A stretch of DNA of 4,609 bases from a virus (Monodnaviria; Loebvirae; Hofneiviricota; Faserviricetes; Tubulavirales; Inoviridae). The position numbers and the translations under genes are program-made. Shown piece after piece: positions 1-4,609 of the stretch. The notes beneath the pieces are model-generated. The model was given only the letters and a program-made list of their open reading frames with translations, made no database searches and was not told where the DNA came from. Each line of letters opens with the position of its first letter. Position 1 is the first letter of the stretch. The stretch covers positions 1 through 4,609 of IMG/VR virus record IMGVR_UViG_2563366830_000001; one strand, written 5' to 3'.

Positions 1-201
1 TCAATAAGTTGGAGTCATTACCCCAGAAAAGCACTTCGCATCACTCAGATATGATTTAACATAATATACATTATGCGCACCAATGGTAAGGATGGCAGAA
101 ACTGGTTGGAATCGTTGATTGACTTTATTTAATTCAAGCTCTGACCCTGCGAAAGCACATGAAGAAAATAGTAGCGTTAATGCGAGTAAAATCTTTTTCA
201 T
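1..201 (-). CDS. Small ORF with N-terminal signal peptide, partial (runs off window start); reads through dif, so possibly a phage-chromosome chimera
   Basis: Start ATG at 199-201 overlaps the pI stop as TAATG. N-terminus MKKILLALTLLFSSCAFA/GSEL has a basic n-region, hydrophobic core and AXA-type cleavage motif. Residues 41-50 (GAHNVYYVKS) are encoded by the dif 28-mer itself. Confidence 0.4.
   Translation of the reverse strand: MKKILLALTLLFSSCAFAGSELELNKVNQRFQPVSAILTIGAHNVYYVKSYLSDAKCFSGVMTPTY
54..81 (-). other. dif: dif site (XerC/XerD site-specific recombination target); probable prophage attachment junction
   Basis: Plus strand 54-81 reads ATTTAACATAATATACATTATGCGCACC. Its reverse complement, GGTGCGCATAA-TGTATA-TTATGTTAAAT, is a 28/28 match to the canonical E. 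coli dif 28-mer as I recall it (XerC arm, 6-bp central region, XerD arm). The XerC arm (71-81) faces the prophage genes; the XerD arm (54-64) faces the left flank. Confidence 0.85.
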
Positions 202-1226
202 TATTTTTTCCCCGTATAAAGCGTCACACGCTCACCATCAATAATTCCGCTCATCAACATCCCTTTATAATTAAAACTGGATGCAGGAACGGCACGCAAA
301 ACACCGGCACCGTTAACAAGAATCACAAACGCCCTGCCTTCACTGGTCATTCTCCCTGATATACGCCACTCGGTTGAAAGTGACGGTTCAGCTGGTTCTG
401 AGGGAGTATCTGGTGCAGGAGTAGCAGCGGAAGAACGAAACATGGCCGCATCACGTACATCTGTTGTAGCCAAATCTGGCGAGGGATCGCTTCGGCCAAA
501 CGTGCTGAAAAATGAGTAAATCAGCCAGCCTGACCCGATAAACATCAATGGAAAAAGCACAAGAAAGAACCTGACTTTGCCAGAATTCCAGATGCTCTGG
601 CGTTTATCTGTCTGCTTTTCATTACCGTTATTTCCTTCATAGCTTTTATAAAGTTCAAAAATATCAGGGTTATATTTATTGCGATAACTGGTGACGAGGT
701 TGCTTTTATAGATTTTGTGGCCTGAATATACGTCAATGCAGTAATGATTATTCAGGCCCAACGCTTTCAGCTTGCGCATCCGGTAAGTTGTTTCTATTTT
801 GTCTTTCAGAAAGCGAGCAATATTAGAAAGTGACTGATTTACAATAACCAAATCACAGCTAATACCCGTTTCAGGGTGCGTAAAATGACGATGTTCAGCA
901 ATAAATGATTTCTTCTCAGCCGTCATATCCTTATCGCTACCGAAGATTCGCCATGCTTCATCAATAACAATTAAATCACCAAACTGGCAAAAGCTCCCTT
1001 CCCCACCTTTAAAAGGAAAGAAATCTGCTTTAAGTACATCATCATTATCCACAACAATAATTTCTCCCGTTGCATCAGGATAACGTTCGGTGATTTTATC
1101 TTTTTGTAAACCATAAATGTTCGTCACAACTCTCCGGCCGCTGGTAAATGCAGGAATAATGACATTGCAAACGGCTTCATAACTTTTTCCTGAGCCGGGT
1201 ATGCCAATATATGCAGAAATAGCCAT
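201..1226 (-). CDS. Zot-family / filamentous phage assembly protein pI (P-loop NTPase)
   Basis: 341 aa. Walker A GIPGSGKS at residues 8-15 (nt 1182-1205); Walker B-like LIVIDEAW at residues 85-92; single predicted transmembrane helix (VRFFLVLFPLMFIGSGWLIYSFF, residues about 218-240) followed by a Pro/Ser/Thr/Ala-rich linker and a C-terminal domain. This is the architecture of the Zot/pI family. Start is 3 nt after the pVI-like stop. Confidence 0.9.
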   Translation of the reverse strand: MAISAYIGIPGSGKSYEAVCNVIIPAFTSGRRVVTNIYGLQKDKITERYPDATGEIIVVDNDDVLKADFFPFKGGEGSFCQFGDLIVIDEAWRIFGSDKDMTAEKKSFIAEHRHFTHPETGISCDLVIVNQSLSNIARFLKDKIETTYRMRKLKALGLNNHYCIDVYSGHKIYKSNLVTSYRNKYNPDIFELYKSYEGNNGNEKQTDKRQSIWNSGKVRFFLVLFPLMFIGSGWLIYSFFSTFGRSDPSPDLATTDVRDAAMFRSSAATPAPDTPSEPAEPSLSTEWRISGRMTSEGRAFVILVNGAGVLRAVPASSFNYKGMLMSGIIDGERVTLYTGKK

Positions 1227-1229
1227 AAC

Positions 1230-1517
1230 TCACCCTATAACAGGAATACGTCGAATAATAAAACGAGTAGCCATTGAGGAGATAATCATACTAATCCCCT
1301 GTGGTAATTTACTCAGGTTAATGAAGTACCAGAATCCGTCTGATAAATTGGCAAACAGCGATGAGAGATTGCTTGAATCTGGCAGTAACTCAACAAGGAT
1401 TTCAACGAAGCCCTGGACTACAAAATACAGCGCAAAGAATACGACGAATTTAATAATCAATGACCGGAATACAAAACCTAACAAAGTATTTAATGCACTA
1501 ATCAGAATCCCAAACAT
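1230..1517 (-). CDS. pVI-like minor coat protein (small hydrophobic virion protein)
   Basis: 95 aa, very hydrophobic N-terminal half with two predicted membrane segments; size, composition and position between the pIII-like and pI-like genes match gene VI of Ff phages. A strong Shine-Dalgarno AAGGAG (reverse complement of 1524-1529) sits 6 nt upstream of the ATG and overlaps the pIII-like stop (TAAGGAG). Confidence 0.6.
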   Translation of the reverse strand: MFGILISALNTLLGFVFRSLIIKFVVFFALYFVVQGFVEILVELLPDSSNLSSLFANLSDGFWYFINLSKLPQGISMIISSMATRFIIRRIPVIG

Positions 1518-1529
1518 AGTTGCACTCCT

Positions 1530-2984
1530 TTAGGCACTCAGAATAATACGGAGCGCAACAAATCCCCATATAATCAGAAATATGGTTTCTACGGCGCTTC
1601 TGTTCTGCTCAATTAACGGACAATGGGAGTCAATTCTGTACTGGTGATTAAACACGCTGAATTCAATAACGGGGCAGGATGCTGAACGAGAGCCGATGTT
1701 AAATTCGTTTGTAAAAGGCAACAAGTTAATAATTGGCGTTAAAATATCTCTTGCCGTTGGCGTTTCTTCAAGCTCAGGCTCTTTTACACCGGGATCTTCT
1801 CCCAAATCTATATTGCCATTATTTCCAGTGTCAGATCCTGAGTTGTTATTAATGGTAATATCAATATTGACGTCAGCCCCTGCACTGTCAGATACAGGTG
1901 AAAGCATATCTAATAACGTTGGAGATAGCCTAAGTTCCGACATCGCAGAAGTTACTTCAGCCGGTGAAACCTCTTTAAACGGTAAGCCGTTATAATCGGC
2001 ATTAACGGCAGCTTCAGACCACAGCTCGTTAATCATGTCGGCAAGAAGTGCTGGCGATACACTAACACTATCAAGATACTCCAGATAATCAATCATGGAC
2101 TCAATATTTCCGGCCTCCAGTACTTCCGTCATGGCTTTATATTTGGTATTGGTCCAGATAGTAAGCTCACTCTTTTCATCAATATCTTTTGCGGTGTAAT
2201 CCTCTTTTTCAGGAACGGCGCAAATCGTCGAATATCCACCATTTGACTGATTAGTCGTTTTACAAGGCGTGTTGTGATACTGATATTGCTTTCCTGCTGT
2301 TAAATAAGCAACGCTGTAATACATGGGAAGCCCTGCTACATTTTCATACATGGGAATACCTGCGGGAAATGAAGATGCGGCCGGGTTGCTATACAAGTGT
2401 GTAATCTCAGGTATTTCATAAAATGAGGAAGGATAAGTAAACTTATAATTCTGTTCAGTAAAGGATACATCTCCATTACTGTTGACAACTTTATTCGTCA
2501 CAGTGCGTTCAAAATTCGTTAGTGTTTCAGTATAAGTACGCGAGTTATAGTCATTAAGATAATTTCTGGCAATTTCAGTTGGATTATCACCATAGTAATA
2601 AATTAGCTCTTTCGAATCCTGATAATAATAAAGCGCATTATCTGGCGTGGAATATCCTGTTTCAACACCTACAACTGGAGAACCCGCATCCACATTATTA
2701 CGACTAACATGAAGGATTACCGGACTTAATTCCTGTGGTTCAAAATTAACGGTTATCGTCTTACTTTCACCACTTTGACCACTGTACGTTACTTCATATA
2801 AATTATCGGAAATCTTTTTACCGTTAGTCATTACCATTACCGAGCCGTCAGATGAACTCAAAGAAGACGGAACAAAAGATGATACAGCAGCAGCAATACC
2901 CGCCCACGTTGTGACCTTGCAAAAACTTTGACGGATTGCCGTCAATATAGAGATGTGTTGCCCGACCTTCGCCATCAGATCCAA
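1530..2984 (-). CDS. pIII-like adsorption / minor coat protein; true start codon uncertain
   Basis: 484 aa in the longest ATG-initiated frame. Gly/Ser/Asn/Asp-rich linker (NNNSGSDTGNNGNIDLGEDPG) between domains; C-terminal Cys-containing segment followed by a hydrophobic anchor (TIFLIIWGFVALRIILSA) as in gene III proteins; located immediately upstream of the pVI-like gene. The first ~45 residues are not a classical signal peptide, and a signal-like segment (KVTTWAGIAAAVSSFVPSSLS) is internal. Confidence 0.7.
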   Translation of the reverse strand: MDLMAKVGQHISILTAIRQSFCKVTTWAGIAAAVSSFVPSSLSSSDGSVMVMTNGKKISDNLYEVTYSGQSGESKTITVNFEPQELSPVILHVSRNNVDAGSPVVGVETGYSTPDNALYYYQDSKELIYYYGDNPTEIARNYLNDYNSRTYTETLTNFERTVTNKVVNSNGDVSFTEQNYKFTYPSSFYEIPEITHLYSNPAASSFPAGIPMYENVAGLPMYYSVAYLTAGKQYQYHNTPCKTTNQSNGGYSTICAVPEKEDYTAKDIDEKSELTIWTNTKYKAMTEVLEAGNIESMIDYLEYLDSVSVSPALLADMINELWSEAAVNADYNGLPFKEVSPAEVTSAMSELRLSPTLLDMLSPVSDSAGADVNIDITINNNSGSDTGNNGNIDLGEDPGVKEPELEETPTARDILTPIINLLPFTNEFNIGSRSASCPVIEFSVFNHQYRIDSHCPLIEQNRSAVETIFLIIWGFVALRIILSA

Positions 2985-3141
2985 CAGATCTTACTTTCAT
3001 AGTGGATTCATACGAACCGCGAACGGTCAACCGTTTTACTGTTTCCCACTCCACTGCACCGTCAGCATCAACGCTGACGACACTACCAGCCGGTAATGGT
3101 CGGTGTATGCAAGGTAGGATCCCGGTAAACCAGTCAATCAT
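2848..3141 (-). pseudogene. Truncated N-terminal fragment of gene II-family rolling-circle replication initiator
   Basis: 97-aa ORF beginning MIDWFTGILP... with ...HLYIDGNPSKFLQGHNV. As I recall it, M13 gene II protein starts MIDMLVLRLPF... and has ...EYHIDGD...KVLQGHNVFG at a similar distance from the N-terminus. Family-like sequence ends right after LQGHNV (about nt 2905), then 16 non-family codons and a stop; full-length gII proteins are about 400 aa. Good Shine-Dalgarno (GAGG, reverse complement near 3149-3152) upstream of the ATG at 3139-3141. Confidence 0.6.
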
Positions 3142-3308
3142 GTATCGCCTCAGAGAACAATTTTGTGACCAGAAAGCCTGTCAAGAGCTTATTAGTACCA
3201 ATTCAGTCACACAAATGTACCACCCAAGATCTTACCTCTCAAGTGATTTTGTACTGGATAAGTGACATATTTGTTCTTTTGAAATGGAGCAAAAAAGTAG
3301 GATATAGA
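3142..3308. promoter_or_regulatory. Divergent intergenic control region between replication-initiator fragment and HTH regulator (putative promoters/operators)
   Basis: 167-bp non-coding gap flanked by divergently oriented start codons (3139-3141 minus, 3309-3311 plus). Contains repeated GTGAC/GTCAC-containing motifs (3165-3169, 3206-3210, 3262-3266; AAGTGA at 3241-3246 and 3260-3265). Individual -35/-10 elements could not be assigned confidently. Confidence 0.35.
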
Positions 3309-3761
3309 ATGAGCAACAACTTCAACAGTAATGGCTACCCGGAAGAAATGGCAGAAGACATAGACTTACAGCGGGCAGAAAGGATAAAAAAAGCGATCCT
3401 AAGCAAATTCACATACGAAAGGATGGAAGAACTGTCTGGCATCAACATTGGCACACTGAAACGGATCGCAAACGCACAGAGGGATGCGAAAATCAGTGAG
3501 CTGGAAAAAATTGCTGAAATCACTCAGACAGACATATTTGAACTGATTTTTGGCTCCAGTAGCAGTGATATCTACGATTCCAGCAAACGCTTCTTTGAGA
3601 CGAGAAGTAAAGATGCGGCTCAGGCGGCTCAATTCATCATCTACAATCTTCGTACCCTTGATGATGAGGACATCCTTTGTTTGGGGAGGGTTTCGAGTGC
3701 CTTGCAAACAGCAACAACATCAAGAAAATGGGATGAGCTTTTCGGGAAGAAGAAAGGCTGA
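3309..3761 (+). CDS. XRE-family helix-turn-helix transcriptional regulator, putative prophage repressor
   Basis: 150 aa from the ATG at 3309, which has a Shine-Dalgarno (TAGGA at 3298-3302) 6 nt upstream; the longer frame from 3165 has no such signal. Segment ...TYERMEELSGINIGTLKRIANAQRDAKISELEKIAEITQTDIFELIFG has the pattern of an XRE/Cro-CI-type HTH domain. It is divergent from the replication gene, as rstR is from rstA in CTXphi. Confidence 0.75.
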   Translation: MSNNFNSNGYPEEMAEDIDLQRAERIKKAILSKFTYERMEELSGINIGTLKRIANAQRDAKISELEKIAEITQTDIFELIFGSSSSDIYDSSKRFFETRSKDAAQAAQFIIYNLRTLDDEDILCLGRVSSALQTATTSRKWDELFGKKKG

Positions 3762-3806
3762 GTCTCAGAAATGAGACAAACGTGCAGTATTACCAACACT
3801 GCACGT
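3762..3806 (+). terminator. Two adjacent inverted repeats directly after the regulator stop codon; possible terminator and/or protein-binding site
   Basis: GTCTCA-gaaa-TGAGAC (3762-3777; 6-bp stem, 4-nt loop) and ACGTGCAGT-attaccaac-ACTGCACGT (3780-3806; 9-bp perfect stem, 9-nt loop). No T-run immediately follows the second stem (TTTTT only at 3821-3825), so it is not a textbook intrinsic terminator. Confidence 0.35.
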
Positions 3807-3845
3807 TCTGGATTGAGCGATTTTTAAACACCAGAAAAAGGGTAA

Positions 3846-4244
3846 ATGATGAACAAAACAGTGTATGTACCAAGCTACTTCCAGCCTATCTACAAAGAAG
3901 TAACCATCAAAGTTCCTACCGGAAACACAAAACGATTCCTGGGTCTCATCGACATTGAAGAAAAAATCCGAAAAAGAGAAGTTATTCAGGATGGCTGGTC
4001 TGATTGCCAGATTGACGGGGAAAGACTCAATGAAGATGTTGGTCGAGCCATTAATAAACTTAATCGGGAAGGGTATGAGGTTATTTCAATAACCCCTGCT
4101 ACCTCAGGAAGCTGGGCTTATAAATATAAACAAAACAGTATTCGTAATGGAAACGGTGATGGCAGTTATGGATATGGTTACGGTTATTCATACACCGAAG
4201 GCGTTATGATTCTGGCAAAGAAAATTGAGAAAGAGGACGTCTGA
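3846..4244 (+). CDS. Hypothetical soluble protein (132 aa) with C-terminal Gly/Tyr-rich repeat; first gene of a two-gene cassette
   Basis: Uninterrupted ORF with a purine-rich ribosome-binding site (AAGGG, 3837-3841) upstream of tandem ATGs (3846, 3849). No predicted transmembrane segment. The C-terminal half (GWSDCQIDGERLNEDVGRAINKLNREGYEVISITP...) may resemble a small DUF-type domain (DUF4177 is my unverified recollection). GNGDGSYGYGYGYSY at residues 102-116. Confidence 0.7.
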   Translation: MMNKTVYVPSYFQPIYKEVTIKVPTGNTKRFLGLIDIEEKIRKREVIQDGWSDCQIDGERLNEDVGRAINKLNREGYEVISITPATSGSWAYKYKQNSIRNGNGDGSYGYGYGYSYTEGVMILAKKIEKEDV

Positions 4245-4246
4245 TA

Positions 4247-4609
4247 ATGGATTTTATCCGTAAAACTTTGGGTGGATTAAAAGCAAGTTATTATATCCGT
4301 CACTTCGTTTTTGGTGCATTAATTTCAACTTTCTTTATTTACATGTCAATGCAAAATCCTGGAGGGGTGAAGGTTGAAAATATAATTTTCTTTTTTATCA
4401 ATGCGTTACTCTACCCTTACGCAAGATTTGTATATGAGCAAATCATTGGGTTCATCATGGGTGAAAATGTCTTTTTCATCAACGTCATAGTGATGCTAAC
4501 TGCCAAGATAATTACGATGTGTTTATGCTGGATATTTTCAGTATTCATAGCGCCAGTTGGATTGATATATCTCTACTATTATCATTCAAAAGCTGATAAA
4601 CAATTATAG
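4247..4609 (+). CDS. Small multi-pass membrane protein (120 aa); second gene of the cassette
   Basis: ATG at 4247 lies 2 nt after the upstream stop (TGATAATGG) with Shine-Dalgarno AAGAGGA (4231-4237). Three to four strongly hydrophobic segments (e.g. HFVFGALISTFFIYMSM, IIFFFINALLYPYARFVYEQIIGFIMG, VFFINVIVMLTAKIITMCLCWIFSVFIAPVGLIYLYYY). Stop codon TAG at 4607-4609. Confidence 0.7.
   Translation: MDFIRKTLGGLKASYYIRHFVFGALISTFFIYMSMQNPGGVKVENIIFFFINALLYPYARFVYEQIIGFIMGENVFFINVIVMLTAKIITMCLCWIFSVFIAPVGLIYLYYYHSKADKQL

Larger units (their letters stand above)
71..3761 (-). mobile_element. Filamentous (Inoviridae-like) prophage, probably dif-integrated and defective; right boundary not identified in window
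   Basis: Colinear minus-strand genes in canonical inovirus order (gII fragment, pIII-like, pVI-like, pI/Zot-like) with tight translational coupling, a divergent HTH regulator, and an adjacent exact dif site. No second dif-like site was found by eye, so the other end may lie beyond 4609. Confidence 0.7.

Noticed and set aside
1-201. Calling the partial signal-peptide ORF the N-terminus of a pIV secretin
   Set aside because: It occupies the position of gene IV, but the dif site lies only 120 bp from the pI stop and the ORF reads through it, and the residues after the signal peptide do not obviously resemble a secretin N0 domain. Kept as an uncertain small or chimeric ORF.
159-359. 66-aa plus-strand ORF
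   Set aside because: Antisense to the pI stop / downstream ORF junction, with no ribosome-binding site noticed and a basic, low-complexity product; most likely a shadow ORF.
520-600. Internal in-frame start for a pXI-like protein within the pI gene (as in Ff phages)
   Set aside because: No ATG or GTG with a ribosome-binding site was found just upstream of the TM segment; the nearest in-frame Met lies inside the TM helix.
545-736. 63-aa minus-strand ORF inside the pI gene in another frame
   Set aside because: Fully nested in the well-supported Zot/pI-family gene; no independent evidence.
765-785. Second dif-like site (partial TGCGCAT match) that could mark the other prophage end
   Set aside because: Only 6-7 nt of the XerC arm match, and it lies inside the pI coding region. 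No convincing second dif-like site was found by eye, so the other boundary is probably outside the window.
1201-1533. 110-aa plus-strand ORF
   Set aside because: Antisense to the whole pVI-like gene; likely spurious.
1696-1995. 99-aa plus-strand ORF
   Set aside because: Antisense to the Gly/Ser-rich linker of the pIII-like gene; its Ser/Gly-rich product is the mirror of that low-complexity region.
3002-3265. 87-aa plus-strand ORF
   Set aside because: Overlaps the gII-fragment start antisense and extends into the divergent control region; no ribosome-binding site noticed; likely spurious.
3165-3308. N-terminal extension of the HTH regulator ORF (198-aa version)
   Set aside because: The upstream ATG at 3165 has no convincing ribosome-binding site and would place coding sequence over the divergent control region; the ATG at 3309 has a well-spaced Shine-Dalgarno and is preferred.
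3335-3774. Three small ORFs overlapping the HTH regulator (3335-3523 minus, 3399-3707 minus, 3550-3774 plus)
   Set aside because: Nested within or antisense to the better-supported regulator gene; no independent signals.
3780-3825. Classifying the 9-bp stem-loop as a confident rho-independent terminator
   Set aside because: The stem is AT/GC-mixed and the T-run is displaced about 15 nt downstream of the stem; reported only as a possible terminator or binding site.

Overview
This window appears to be one end of a filamentous (inovirus-like) prophage integrated next to an exact E. coli-type dif site (54-81, minus orientation), the XerC/XerD recombination target used by CTXphi-type elements. 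Reading the minus strand from high to low coordinates: a truncated N-terminal fragment of a gene II-like replication initiator (2848-3141), a pIII-like adsorption protein (1530-2984), a pVI-like minor coat protein (1230-1517), a Zot/pI-family assembly ATPase (201-1226), and a short signal-peptide ORF (1-201) that reads straight through dif. The replication-initiator fragment overlaps the pIII-like gene, and no pV/pVII/pIX/pVIII-sized genes lie between them, so the prophage looks internally deleted or otherwise unusual. Diverging from the replication-initiator start is an XRE-type helix-turn-helix regulator (3309-3761, plus), the expected position of a prophage repressor, followed by two inverted repeats. 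Beyond these sits a tightly coupled two-gene cassette of unknown function (3846-4244 soluble protein, 4247-4609 small multi-pass membrane protein). This cassette is the best candidate in the window for an undescribed accessory or phage-exclusion module. No rRNA, tRNA or CRISPR array was seen. All homology statements are from reading the translations and from memory of the protein families; nothing was searched or computed.
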